Shown: positions 1 to 13,346 of the stretch, in pieces
Numbering within the stretch: position 1 is the stretch's first letter
Layout of the letters: each line of letters opens with the position of its first letter
DNA from: Podospora anserina
Taxonomy: Eukaryota
NCBI GenBank assembly: GCA_017654855.1
Contig: CM030332.1
Location: forward strand, 3,348,001-3,412,000
Length of the DNA: 64,000 nt
Reading direction: 5' to 3'
The notes under the pieces: model-generated
Databases searched by the model: none
What the model was told of the DNA's origin: nothing
The model's input: the letters and a program-made list of their open reading frames with translations, nothing else
Translations under genes and position numbers: made by a program

Positions 1-1
1 G

Positions 2-2980
2 CTTATTGCGGTTTCAAAGGCTATGGTTGCTGCTGCCGAGTTTTTTGCTGTTATCGATGCGCCAAAGCCGAAGATGGGAACGCTCAAGGAGCCGGATGTG
101 ACTGCGGATCAGGATATTGTTTTTGAGGACGTGGTGTTTGCTTACCCGAGTCGGCCGTCGAAAAAGGTGCTGGATGGGCTTAACTTGAGGATTGCGGCGA
201 ATATGAACACGGCTATTGTTGGGCCTTCGGGGTCGGGGAAGAGCACGATTGTGGGGCTGATTGAGGGGTGGTATACGCTTCATGATCAGTATGTTATTGC
301 CAAGGCTGTGGCGAAGGATCCGGCGAAGGAGAAGAAGGAGAAGGAGAAGGAGAAGAAGAGGAAGGAGGGGAAGGTTGTTGAGAAGAGTGAGGATGAGGAG
401 GAGGATGGACCGGCGCCTATTGATGCTGAGGATGTTGGTCCTCCTGTTGAGCTGAGCGGGAGTATTTCGACTTGCGGGAAGGAGTTGGGGGATATTGACA
501 TCAAGTGGTGGAGATCGCAGATTGGTCTTGTTCAGCAGGAGCCCTTCCTGTTCAATAATACCATCTTTGAGAATGTCGCTACTGGGCTTATTGGGACTGA
601 GCATGAGAATGCGTCCAAGGAAGAGAAGATGAAGTTGGTCAAGGAGGCTTGTGCTGAGAGTTTTGCTGACGAGTTTATCGACCGGTTGCCGGATGGTTAT
701 GAGACCCAGGTTGGAGATTCCGGTGCCAAGTTGAGCGGTGGGCAGAGACAGCGCATTGCTATTGCCCGGAGTATCATCAAGAAGCCCAAGATTCTGATTC
801 TGGACGAGGCTACCTCTGCCATCGATGTTCGCGGAGAGCGCATCGTTCAGGCTGCGCTCGAGAGAGCCTCCAAGGGCCGCACCACCATCACTATTGCCCA
901 TCGGCTGTCTACCATCAAGAACGCGGATCGCATTATTGTCTTGCAAAACGGAAAGGTCGCTGAAGAAGGTACCCATGACGGTCTTCTTGCCAACGAGCTC
1001 GGTGTCTACTACGGTCTTGTTCACGCCCAGAAGCTGTCGCTTGGTGAGGACACTGGCGAGGATAACCTCCAGGAGGAAGATATCGCCGCCGTTCTGACGA
1101 GGGAGAAGAGCGCCGCAATCTCAGAAAAGGACGGCACCAAGAAGAGTGTTCCCGTTTGGAAGGATCGCAACCTCATCAATGGTTTTGGCAAGCTCCTGTC
1201 AGAGCAGAAGAGCAGATTTCCCTTCTACATCATCGCCCTCGTCGGTGCCATGGGAGCGGCCTCTGCTATTCCCATTCAAGCTTACCTCTTCGCCCAAGTC
1301 GTCGGCGTCTTCCAAGACCCCCTCAATCTGCTGGAAGGAGCCACATTCTGGTCCAAGATGTGGGCTGCCCTCGCTGCCGGCGTGGGCTTCAGCTACTTCC
1401 TCACAACCTACGTCTCAACCAGCGTTGAAGGCTTCATCTCGGCTGCCTACAAGCAAGAGTACTTTGAATCAATCCTCTTCCAACCCACATCCTACTTTGA
1501 CAAAGACGACAATGCCACTGGACAGCTCACCGCCCGGTTATCGTCTGACCCTCAGGCCTTGAAAGAAATGCTCGGCATCAACATCATGATGATGCTCATC
1601 GGCGTCTTCTCCCTCATCGGTGCCCTTACCATCTCCTTCGCCTTTGGCTGGAAACTCGCCCTGGTAGCCACCTGCGTCACCGTCCCTATGGGTTTGCTGG
1701 CGGGGTACTACCGCATCCGTTACGAGCTCCAATTCAACGCCATGAACGAAGCCGTCTTCCAGGAGTCGTCCAAGTTTGGCGCCGAGTCCATTTCCGCCTT
1801 CCGCACTGTCAGTGCTCTCGTCATGGAAGACAGCATCTGCAACCGGTATTCCAACCTCCTCAACGGGCACGTAACCGGCGCGTACAAAAAGGCTCGCTGG
1901 ACAACCTTCATCTTTGCCTACGCTGACTCTGTCGGGCTGGGCTGCACCGCTCTCATCCTCTGGTACGGCGGCCGTCTCCTCGCCGCAAGGGAATACGATG
2001 TCATCGCCTTTTTGGTTACCTACATGGCCATGATCCAGGGTGCTGAGTCGGCCGGTCAGTGGCTTTCCTTCGGACCCAACGCTGCGCAGGCTGCTGCTGC
2101 GGCGAACAGGATTTTGCAGGCGAGGGATAGCAAGATTAAGGATTCCATCTCCGCGGCGGAGCAGATTCCCGACACGGAGGGGGGGATTGCTATTGAGTTG
2201 AGGGATGTTTTCTTCAAGTATCCCACGAGAGACGTTTCCATCTTTCGGGGTTTGAACATCACGATTGAGAAGGGCCAGTTTGCCGCTCTTGTTGGTGCGT
2301 CTGGGTCGGGGAAGACGTCGATTGTTTCGTTACTGGAGCGGTTTTATGATGTGGATAAGGGGCAGATTTTGTTTAACGGGAAGGATATCTCCGAGGTTAA
2401 TGTTTTTGAGTACCGGAAGTTGTTGTCGCTTGTGGCGCAGGAGCCGTCGCTTTTCCACGGGACGATTAGGGAGAATATTCTCCTGGGTGTGGACCCGGAA
2501 CAGGTCAGTGAGGAGGAGCTGCATAATTGCTGCAAGGACGCGAGTATACATGAGTTCATCATGAGTTTGCCTGAGGGGTATAACACGAATATTGGGAGCA
2601 GGGGTGTTAGTCTGTCGGGGGGGCAGAAGCAGAGGTTGAGTATCGCGAGGGCGTTGATTAGGAATCCGAGGGTGTTGTTGTTGGATGAGGCGACTAGTTC
2701 GTTGGATTCGGAGAGCGAGAAGTTGGTCCAGAAGGCGTTTGAGAGGGTTGCCAAGGGGAGGACGACGGTGGCGGTGGCGCATCGGTTGGCGACGATTCAG
2801 GGGGCGGATGTGATTTATGTGTTGGGAGAGGGGAAGGTGTTGGAGAAGGGGAATCACAATGAGTTGTTGAGGAAGAAGGGGGTTTATTGGCATATGGTGA
2901 GTCTACCTTGCTTCTGAAGACATGTGTTTGGGGTATGCTAACACGATGAACAGTGCCATAATCAGGCTTTAGACCGTTAG
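2..2980 (+). CDS. ABCB/MDR-type multidrug ABC transporter, 5' part outside window (NBD1-TMD2-NBD2)
   Basis: Frame open from window edge. Two Walker A motifs (GPSGSGKS, GASGSGKT), two LSGGQ signatures, two LDEATS Walker B motifs, hydrophobic TMD between them. Last intron 2897-2953 (GTGAGT..GCTAAC..CAG), terminal exon CHNQALDR*. Confidence 0.95.
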
Positions 2981-3713
2981 AGATTTCGATTCTTGTTCAT
3001 GACTTGACAATATGGGGGGGTTTGAGGTGGTTTTTTCTTGGATATACTTTTTTCTTCTTTTTCCTTTTTCCTTTTTTTTTTTTTTTTTGGATTTGGGCTT
3101 TGAGGTCGACATACATCCAACTCATTCTTATATAGCAAGCGAGCGAGCGCGCACCTTGTTTTTATAAATATTCCACACATATAATAGATATTCCTTTGGC
3201 CAAGATGATGCGCCACTTTCATGCCAAGTGCTTCCATTGAGGTTTGCTTGTCGGTATTGAAAGTTCATGAAGAATTAACCATCCTGATCAACTAATTAGT
3301 TTCAACAACTTTCTTCATGTCAGTCTTCAATGTAAGTTTACTCCTTTAGTCCATCAACTGCCAAACGCTCATTTACGTCACTTTTCGCACCGGTATAGTC
3401 GCGGCAACCCCCCACCTTAAGCTCAAACAAGCTCTTATCTCTCGCCAGCTTCCCCTCCATGGTGTCCTCGGAGAAAGCGATATCCTGCCGGCAGAGATCG
3501 CTACCACAACCGACAGGTCTCATTGGACCCTGGTGTAAGTGCTGAAGATAAAGGCAGAGGAGCAGAACAGGATTGCTGCATTTCCGCTGAGGGTTATAAG
3601 GCCTGGAACCTTTTTACCTGAGTTATATACAAACTGCCTCTCCCAGGCTCTTCTATTTCCAACTGCCTTCTTGATTTGTTTTTGTTGTTGTTTGTAAAGT
3701 TTACATCAGCGCC

Positions 3714-4847
3714 ATGGACTCGACAGACGAATTCAGCCCCTATCGTGAGGATGGAAAGCTTGTATGTTCCTCCTCCCTTTCTTTTGTTCATTGAACATGG
3801 AATATGACCTCGGAAACTAATCAGATCACCAACAAAAGTACGGCTTCGTCTGCGTAGTAACCGGCGCCTCCCACCCCATAGGACAAGCCATCATCCAAGA
3901 GTTAGCCGGTAAGCAAAATATCCCTCTCAATATCCCTATCAGATAATCCACAACCATGTACTAACCACCCTTTCTCCATCCCCAGCCCACGGAGCGGCAG
4001 CCATCTACGGTAACTCCCCCCCTTCCCCCCCCCTTTCTCCCGATAACTAACCCCCGTACCTAGCATGCGACCACCCCCCCTCCTCTAACACCACCACAAC
4101 CGCCCAATCCACCTCCCTCCCCTCCCCCTCCCCCTCCCACCACCTCACAAAAATAATCCCTTACCCCACCTCCCCCCCCTCCCCAGCAATAGAACACGAA
4201 ACCCTCGCCCTAATCGACGAGATCCTCGCCTCCTTCGGCCGCCTAGACATCTGGATCTGCTCCCCCATCCCCCTCCCCTCCTCCCCCCCGCCCTCAATCT
4301 TTTCCACCACAACCCCCATTTTACACTCCCTCTTCGAAACCCACGCCCTCGGCCCATTCTTCGCGTTGAAGCACGCCCCCGCAGCAATGGGCAAGTTATC
4401 ACCCCAAAAGGGGGGCTACCCAAACGCTGTGAGGAAAACGCAAAAATACGGGAGTATCATCACTGTTATTGGTGGTGAAGGGGAAAAGGGAGGCGGGGTG
4501 GGGTACGAGATGGTACGGGGTGCGGTTTTGGGGGTTGTGAAAGGGGGGGTTGGGGTGCTGAAGGGGACGGGGGTGAGGGGGAACGCGGTTTGCGTTGGTT
4601 TTGTCGGGGAAGGGGGGGAGGAGAGGGATGATGTGCCGCTTGGGAGGGCTGCGAAACCTAGGGAGATCGCGAGGGTGGTTGGGTTTCTCGCGAGTGGGTT
4701 TTCGAGTTATGTTACGGGGGCGAGTTTGGTTGTTGATGGGGGGGTTAGGTGGGTTGCTCTCTTTGATGTTGTTGTGGTGGTGAGCGTGACTGGGATGGCT
4801 AACAAGTGAGATATAGTGCTATGGGTCCGAATATTGTTCCCATTTAA
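3714..4847 (+). CDS. Short-chain dehydrogenase/reductase-like protein, atypical motifs, 5 exons
   Basis: Manual splice gives MDSTDEFSPYREDGKL|YGFVCVVTGASHPIG..., FGRLDIWI, GVRGNAVCVG, PLGRAAKPREIARVVGFLASGFSSYVTGASLVVDGG (typical SDR C-terminus). Introns about 3762-3838, 3909-3985, 4010-4063, 4749-4816. Confidence 0.8.
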
Positions 4848-5471
4848 GGTCTGGGCGGTTTACTGGCGAAAGAGATGCTGGAGCAAGGGAACCTATTCAT
4901 TACCTAGCTTTTGGGGGATAGTTCAAGAGAATCTATGTTTGGGATCAGGATGAAGAGCAATAACCTTGGAGGTGTGTCAAGCAACACAAATATACTGGTT
5001 TTGTTGATCGTTCTTGTTTGTTATCACGTAATTTTCAGAGCAAGCAAGTCCATGGATGGTGCTCCAGATCAAGTTTACGCTTGGCCCATGCACACCTAGA
5101 AAAGGGGCAACAGGTAGCAGTACTTATCAGGGACTATACTATTCTTCCCCAAGTGGTAGACTCTTGGAAAGCTTATAGACGGCACACAACAACAGCGCAA
5201 GCGGGCGATAAAGCCCAGCTGACACACAGCAAAAGACTACGTTTTAGGGGTGGATTGTTGGTTGGTACACAGGAGGCCAGCGGCAGTGCTCGCACGATGC
5301 GATACGTCAAGTGAGACTCTCTCAGAACTAGTTTATACAAAGGGAATACAACTGCCCTCCCTTGCCCCACATCTCTTTTTCCTGCTCACTCTCGGTGTAT
5401 GGTTGATGATGGGAAGAAAAAGGCGAGCTTCTATCACGCAAAGAACCGCTTTTTTGACACTAAACGGCAAT

Positions 5472-6725
5472 TTACATGTCCGCAGAGGCGGTGGCACCAG
5501 TGATAATTTCAACCAACTCGCCGGTAATGACGGCCTGGCGGGTGCGGTTGAAGAGAATCTGGTACTTGCTGATCATCTCACCAGCGTTCTTGGAAGCGTT
5601 CTGTGACGGGTGGGTCAGATACCAGTTCATGAAACTCGTATGAGTAAAACAAAAACTTACATCCATGGCGTTGCGGCGGGCAGAGATCTCGCAAGCGTGA
5701 CCCTCAGCAAGAGCCCAGTAGAGTGAGTTGGCAAGGGTGTACTCGCGGAGGTTGGGAAGGACACCCTCCTCGACCTCGAAAGCGGCAAAGTTGGCTATTA
5801 CAGCAAAAATTAGCCAGAGGTTCATCAAGACATTCATGCATCGAGACAAGGTCTACGCACGGGAGTTGGCAAAGGCCTCCTCGGAAAATCCCTCAATGAT
5901 GGTGGGCTCGTAGCTGGTGGCGTTGATGAACTTGTTGTAGAGAATCTCAACCTCGGAGTAGTCGCCCTGGAGCTGGACGATCTGGTCGACGATGGACTGA
6001 GCCTCGGTGAAGGTGGGGACGTCCTTGCCAACACCAGAGAAGTTCAGGACGATGTTCTTAGCATGCGTACGGGAGAGCTGGGCCTTGGCCTTCTCGCCGA
6101 GGATGACGAGGTCGAAGTTGTCCCCCTCGGTGGCAGCCCTTCGGCGGATGAAGCGGGCAAGACCAGAGTGAACACCACCGCAAAGACCCTTGTCGGAGCT
6201 GCAGACGACGACGAGCTTCTTCTTGCCCTCGCCCTCGAGGGGCTTTGTCTCGGCCGACTGGTAGACCTTGTTGCTGGTCTCGCCGTAGCTGCGCGACTCG
6301 GTCATGGCACGCTGGGCACGGTTGAGCTTGGTCGAGGCAACGATCTTCATCGTCTTGGTGATCTTCTCGATGTTGCGAATCGACTTGAGGCGGCCCTCGA
6401 TTTCACGGAGGGTAGCGAAGGTGGCGGCCGGAGCAGCAGCCCTGCATGTCGCAACCGTGGGTTAGTATTTTGTGTTCTTGCTGCATTGTCCTCTTTTCTT
6501 TCCGTCTTCATCTATGCCATCTTCCCCAACCCGGAGATGCTCTCTCTCCACCAGACCGAAATATATCGTGTGTTGTTGTGCTGTCGGTGCTGCTCGGGCC
6601 TCTCGACGGCTTTTGCTAGGGAGCTCGGGGCATGACGAAAAAGTCCAGGGAAAGGCATTTGCAACATACCGGGAGGAGGCGGCAGCGCCGGCTCTCAAAG
6701 CCGGACGGGCAGCTCTTGACAGCAT
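5472..6725 (-). CDS. atp3: Mitochondrial F1Fo ATP synthase gamma subunit
   Basis: Arg-rich presequence MLSRAARPALR; ATLREIEGRLKSIRNIEKITKTMKIVAS, SSDKGLCGG, ISARRNAMD/NASKNA, RTRQAVITGELVEIITGA; several GT-AG introns. Confidence 0.97.
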
Positions 6726-7594
6726 GGCGAAAGGATCTGGGGATAGTTCTCTGCTGGCTGGCTGTGGCCCCGGTTGACCACGATAAATGTGCTGGCGTCA
6801 ATTGAGCAGCAGCAGCGGGAGGTTGTGGCTCAATCGATCGGAGGTGCAATTGGCGTGAGAGGTTTGCTGAGCTTCGGCTCCACACGGACCACACCCCATC
6901 CCGCTTCCTGCTCGTGCCTCCCGTCCGCCCTCTCAGCCTGTTGTGGCTTGTCTTTCCGTGTTTCCAGGGTTCCCGGCAGTGGGCGGGGCACCTCAGAGGC
7001 TGACTTGCCAGTGTTTGACAGCTGGCAGAGACCGGAATTCCAGTGTTGGATGCTCTCTTCAGGGCCCCACCAGAAAAGATGGTACTAGCTTAGTCATGGC
7101 TTGCTTTTCTCTTCACGCTACGAAACTTGAGCTGCGTGTCTGCGAAGAAGGCTACCTTACCAAGGCTGGCCAAGTGTGGATCCCCCCGTGGCCCATAATT
7201 ATCTTTAACCTCGTCCTGTCGCCCCAGCTCTGCTTGGACTCGTGGAATCCCTCTTTTTTCCCCTGCCTGGTTCTTCCTTCTCACCTCACACGTTCTCTGT
7301 CTCACGCATTGCCTTGCCCTATAGACCAGAGGCCTCGACTGCGCGTCTTTCCCTCATCCAAAAACCCCCGACTTTCCCTTCAGGAGCCGAGCAACATTCC
7401 TTCCCCTTCCGAGAGCCGGCCTTTCTTACAGGACTCGGCCAGTTTTGCTTTTTGCGAATCGCCCATTTTCCAGTCTACGCCTACCGTCTTTGACGACTGC
7501 GCCGCTTCGCACCTTCCTCGCCAGCCAACTCCGCTTCGTCTTCGTTGACCGATCGATTTTAATATCAATCAAAACTCTGCAATCAAACTTGATC

Positions 7595-10500
7595 ATGGCT
7601 TCCGACAGTTCTGACGATGACAGGCCTTTGGCAGGCACGAACGGTCACAGTAAGTTTAACTACTCGGTGCCAGAGAAGAGATATTCTCTCGCTCTGCAAC
7701 ACCAATTTTTCGCCCCTTCACGGTATGCACTGTGACACGCCCTGGTATTCGTGCCAGGTTGACGTGGCACAGTCCTCACCGCGAGCTTTCGACTGCTTGC
7801 ACTCGCCTGCCTTCTTGCAGGCCTCGTGCAGTTGAATGCTATTGTTGCTTGACGCGCAGTCGAAGCACAACCACGGCAAGAAGCAACCTCACTGACATTC
7901 TCACCATCAGAGTCCGCTCCCAAGATCTCACCAGCCACCGACCGCAAGATGGATAAACTCGCTTCCAGGGCCCGTCCGGCGCCCCCGAACGTCTCGATTC
8001 GCAACGGCCCTGTGGAAGACAACGCGATGGACATCGACACCACACCCAACGGAGGCCCCAAGCGGAAAGCGCGCAGCTCTGTTGGTCAGACGGTCAGTTA
8101 CAAGGACGAGTCGGACAGTGACAATGGCGCACCACTGGTAGGTCATCTCGGTTATCATGTGTACAACTCCTTTAGCTTACCATCTCCCAGGCCAAGCGTC
8201 AAAAGTCCAAACACAAGCAAGAAGACTCCGATAGTGACGATGAGCCAATTGCGAGAAAGAAGAATGGCGCCAGGTTGCCTCCTTCCATCAAGAACACCGC
8301 CATGGTTGATTCCTCCGATGATGACCAGCCTCTAGGAACCAAGATCGCTCAGAGGAAGGCGGCGATTGAGAAGTCTGCTGGCAAGAAGAAGCCGGCTGCG
8401 AAGAAGGCGATCAAAGACGAGTCGGATGACGAGCCGCTGGCTAAGCCCAAGAAGCGTCAATCAAATGGTGTCTCGGCCGCGAAAAAGACCAACGGCGTCA
8501 AGAAAGAAGAGTCGGATTCGGATTCGGATGCCCCCATCGCCAAGAAGGTGAAGAAGGAGGCTCCTGCCAAAGCCAAGGTCAAGGCCGCTGCTGCTCCTGC
8601 CAAAAAGGGCAGGTTGGTCAAGGAGGAATCGGTGGCCAACAGTGCTGCTGACGAAGAGGAAGAGGAGGAGTATCGGTGGTGGGACGCGCCAAAGAAGGAG
8701 GATGATTCCATCAAGTGGACCACCTTGGAGCACAATGGTGTCCTCTTCCCGCCCGCCTACGAGCCTCTCCCCAAGGATGTCAAGCTCATATACGACGGCA
8801 CGCCGGTCAATTTGCATGTGGATGCCGAGGAGGTGGCGACATTTTTCGGTGCGATGCTTCATTCCACCCAGAACGTCGAGAATCCCACCTTCCAGAAGAA
8901 CTTCTTTAAAGATTTCAGGGATGTTCTCAAGGAGACCGGTGGTGCCAAAGACCAGAATGGCAAGCCTGTTGACATCAAAGAGTTCGCCAAGCTCGACTTC
9001 ACCAAGATCTTTGAGTACTACAAGGGTCTCAGCGAAGCGAAAAAGGCTCGCCCGGCTGCTGAGAAGAAGGCGGAAAAGGCTGAGAAGGACAAGTTCGAGG
9101 CGCCCTACATGTACTGCAAGTGGGATGGCCGGAAAGAAAAGGTGGGCAACTTCCGCGTCGAACCGCCTGGACTTTTCCGTGGCCGTGGTGAGCATCCCAA
9201 AACCGGCACTGTCAAGAAGCGTGTCATGCCTGAGCAAGTCACGATCAACATCGGCAAGGAGGCCAAGGTCCCAGATCCGCCGGCCGGACACAAGTGGAAG
9301 GCTGTGCAACACGATAACAAGGCGACATGGCTCGCCATGTGGCAGGAGAACGTCAACGGCAATTACAAGTATGTGATGCTGGCTGCCAACAGTACCGTCA
9401 AAGGCCAAGCCGACTACAAGAAGTTTGAGAAGGCTCGCGAGCTCAACAAGCATATTGCGAGGATCCGAGCCGACTATACCGCTGAGCTCAAGTCCGAGAT
9501 TATGGCTGAACGACAACGCGCCACCGCCATGTATCTCATTGACAAGTTTGCGCTCAGAGCTGGCAATGAGAAGGACACCGAGAACGAGGCCGAGACGGTA
9601 GGCTGCTGTTCGCTCAAGTTCGAACACGTTACACTCAGGGAGCCCAACACGGTTATTTTTGACTTCCTGGGCAAAGACAGTATCCGCTTCTACAACGAGT
9701 TCACGGTGGAACGGCAGGTCTTCAAGAACTTGAAGCTGTTCAAGAAGCCTCCAAAGGCGGATGGTGATGACATTTTTGACAGGCTCACGGTAAGTTTTGA
9801 TCGCTTTTGAGAAGGGCCCGCAGCTAGTCACTAACGCATCTGGCAGACCTCTCAACTCAACAAGCATCTCTCCAACTACATGCCCGGCCTCACAGCAAAG
9901 GTGTTCCGTACCTACAATGCCTCCCACACGATGTCAACACTTCTTCAATCTCTCTCGGTCGAAAACAGGACCATGGCTGAGAAGATCAAGCTGTACAACG
10001 ATTGCAACCGTGAGGTGGCCGTGATTTGCAATCACAAGCGTACGGTTGGCGCAGCCCACGAGGCGCAAATGGAGAAGCTTGCAGACCGCATCAAGGGCCT
10101 CAAGTATCAGAAGTGGCGCACCAAGATGATGATGCTTGATCTCGATCCCAAGCTTAAGAAGAAGAAGGGCGCCGAGTACTTTGCACTCGACGAGGACATT
10201 ACCCAGGAGTGGCTCTTGGAACACCAGAAGTTCCTTGTGGAGGAGCAGAGGACCAAGATCCAGAAGAAGTTTGAGAAGGACAACGAGAAGCGCGTTGCCG
10301 ATGGCGAAGCTGAGTTGGACGAAAAGGAGCTCAAGGAGCGCCTCAGGGTGGCTGCGGAGCTCGAAGCCAAGTACAAGAAGGAGAACAAGACCAAGAAGGT
10401 GGAGGCCGAGGGCAAGGGCCCCGCCGTCGAGAAGCTTGAGGCGGCCGTCAGCAAGTTTGATGACCGCATCAAGACGCTCGAACTGCAATGTGCTGATCGT

Positions 10501-10741
10501 GAGGGCAACAAGGAGGTGGCCCTGGGCACATCCAAGATCGTGAGTTTTGTCGCAATGAAGTCTTGTTTTCGATGTTTCGTACTAACCTGGTCCCTTCCAG
10601 AACTACATCGATCCCCGTCTCACAGTCGTTTTCGCCAAGAAGTTCAACGTTCCTATTGAGAAGTTCTTCTCCAAGACGCTACGCGACAAGTTCAAGTGGG
10701 CGATTGAGTCGGTCGGCGACGACGACACGTGGGAGTTCTGA
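7595..10741 (+). CDS. top1: DNA topoisomerase I (type IB)
   Basis: [56 protein letters not shown]; catalytic-Tyr region GTSKI|NYIDPR restored by splicing intron 10540-10600. Confidence 0.97.
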
Positions 10742-11823
10742 GCACACGTACAAGATCGGCTCCTTTTATCTATCTATTCTAATGCTGTATACTATATATC
10801 TTGGCCAACCTTCGCTGCAAGCCACCTTTTACGATATTCACGCATTGCATTCCAGACGACCACGGTCCGGCTACCCACATATTGGCCCCTTTGCTACACG
10901 GCGGGCTTCCGCCAATTGAGGCGAGGCGCAGTTTCGACGTTTCCCACTTTGCAATCTGGTCTGGGGCGACTGGCGTTGGTTTATGGGGCCAAAATGGAGT
11001 TCAGGGGAAAGAGGTGAAAAAAGAGAGGAAGGGGATGGATATCCTATAAGGATCCCAAAGGAGTAAAACACCACAGACAGTTAGCATAAAGAAGCGTTGA
11101 ATTATATCATGATGCGATGCAGCGGTTTCTTGCTTGAACATCAGGAATTCAGTGAAGTCATTGTTTCATTCTCTGCCAAGGATTCCATGCCTGATGACAG
11201 CAGAACAGATTCCGGTCGTGCTTGGGTTGCTTGTACCGAGATCTTGCTTGCTTGACCGTTGGTGATTGCATAAGGTGGGTTTCGCCAAGACCTCGCCCAC
11301 ACCAGCCACCCGATGAATGGCTTGGCGGGCACGGCGGGCGATTCTGTGCCCGGCGCCGGGGCACCCGCCAACTTTCTCGCCGAGTTTCGATCCACATTCC
11401 CAACCTCCTCTGAAAACTAGACGAGCGGACGCGCCGCAATCCCTGCTGAGCTGGACCCTATCTTTTTGGTGCTGGGACGAGACTGATGACGACAATTGGA
11501 GGGTGGTTGGGATGATGTGTTTCTTTCCTTGGGAGGTTGTTGGTGGTGGTAGTTGGTGGTGGGGGTGATGGATAAAACCGAGGGAGTGGCCTGGTTTTGG
11601 GGGGAGCTGCAGGTTGCTCTCTTCCCGCCTTTTTTTGTTGATGTTCACTATAAGAGGATAATTTCTATAGTTCCATTGTTGGGGAGAAGACAGCAAGAAA
11701 TACTTTTGACGGGACTCGACTACCTTATTCTTTTCTGGTTGCTCCCAGTGGATTGTTATCCCTTACATTTTGACGACATCTTCGACGGGTGATCCGGCTG
11801 AGACCGGCAGATAACAACACAAG

Positions 11824-13346
11824 ATGATGTTCTCCAAACGATGGAAGACAGCGCTTACAGCCTCCACCGCACTGGTGACTGGGGTTTTGGCACAGACATG
11901 GAGTGATTGTAACCCATTACACAGCAAGTCTCTTCCCACTATGATCTCCTCCAAAACAACCTCATTAACAAGCCTTTAGCAACCTGCCCCGCCAACACAG
12001 CCCTCGGCATGACAATCAACGTCGACTTCCGCCGCGGCTCGGTCGACTCCTTCATCGCCTCCGGCGGCGCCCCCTCCTACTCCTCCGACGGCGTGACCTT
12101 CTCCGTCTCCCGCCCCGGCGAAGCCCCCCAGCTCTCCTCGCTGTTCTACATCATGTTTGGCAGGGTGGAGGTAACGATGAAAGCCGCCCCCGGAGCCGGG
12201 ATTGTCTCCTCGCTAGTCTTGCTGTCGGACACGCTAGACGAGATTGATTTCGAATGGCTAGGCGCAGACGACAGTGAAGTGCAGACGAATTACTTCTCAA
12301 AGGGGCAGACGACGACGTATAACAGGGGGCAGTTCAACCCTGCGCCGAATAATCAGGGGGAGTTTATCACTTACATTATTGACTGGACGCCGCAGAGGAT
12401 TCAATGGTATGTTGGGGGAACGTTGGTCAGGACGTTGGGGTATGATGAGGCGGAGGGGCAGTTTCCTCAGACGCCGATGCAGGTTAAGTTTGGGGCTTGG
12501 TCTGGGGGGGACAGCGCGACGAATCCTCCTGGGACGGTGGAGTGGGCTAGGGGCCCGACGGATTACTCTCGAGGGCCGTTTAGTATGGTTGTGAGGGGTG
12601 CGGTGGTGACGGATTATAGCACGGGGAAGAGTTATACTTATGGGGATAATAGTGGGACGTGGCAGAGTATTAGGTCGGAGGGGGGGAAGGTTTATGGGAA
12701 TAGTGGTGGGGCGGGGGGGATTACGGTTACGGCGAGCGCGGCGCCGGTGGCGACGGATGTGAGTCCTACTGTCCCGGTTGGGGGGATTGGGCAGGGGGAT
12801 ACGGCTACGCAGACGGGGTGGCCTTGGGAGCCTACCGGGACGGATGGGGGGAGGGGGGGGCAGGGGGCGATTCCGGAGGGGTGGAGGATTACGCCGGATG
12901 GGAAGTTGAGGCCGGTTGGGGGTAGCACTGTGAGTGAGTAACGTTCTTTGTCCCCTGATAGAAGAGCTGAGCGCGCTCGGGAAGAGTGGTTTCACTTCTC
13001 GGTGTCTTGGAGTGGAAGGCTAACTTTGTGATGGTAGACACCCCCAATCCCGTGCTCTTGCTTGGGCCATTCTTCCTCTTCGTCGTCACCATCGGTTGTG
13101 GACGGTGGAATTTCTTCTCGGTCTGAGAATATTTTGACGACGACGACCTTTACAACTTTTGTTACGGAGACCACTCCTACAGTTTCTGGTCCTGGAGGTG
13201 GCTCAAGTTCCGCGGACACACCGAACTCTGGAGAAGCGCCGCCTCCAGAACCACTTGGGGCACCGCCGCAGAACGAGGCAGGGGGGAAGTTGATGCCTTT
13301 GATGATGGCACCGTTGGTGCTGGGTGCTGGTGTTTTGTTGCTTTGA
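11824..13346 (+). CDS. GH16 Crh/Crf-family cell-wall transglycosylase, secreted, probably GPI-anchored
   Basis: Signal peptide then QTWSDCNPL..TCP; FYIMFGRVEV, GIVSS, catalytic DEIDFEW, FPQTPM; Ser/Thr/Gly-rich stalk; hydrophobic C-terminus. Introns 11924-11979 (GC-AG) and 12930-13037. Confidence 0.92.

Noticed and set aside
14-1024. 336-aa antisense ORF, and similar long antisense or alternate-frame ORFs (8461-9927, 19120-20094, 34139-35077, 58811-59929)
   Set aside because: They overlap well-supported genes and are explained by codon bias and local G/C skew; no recognisable motifs.
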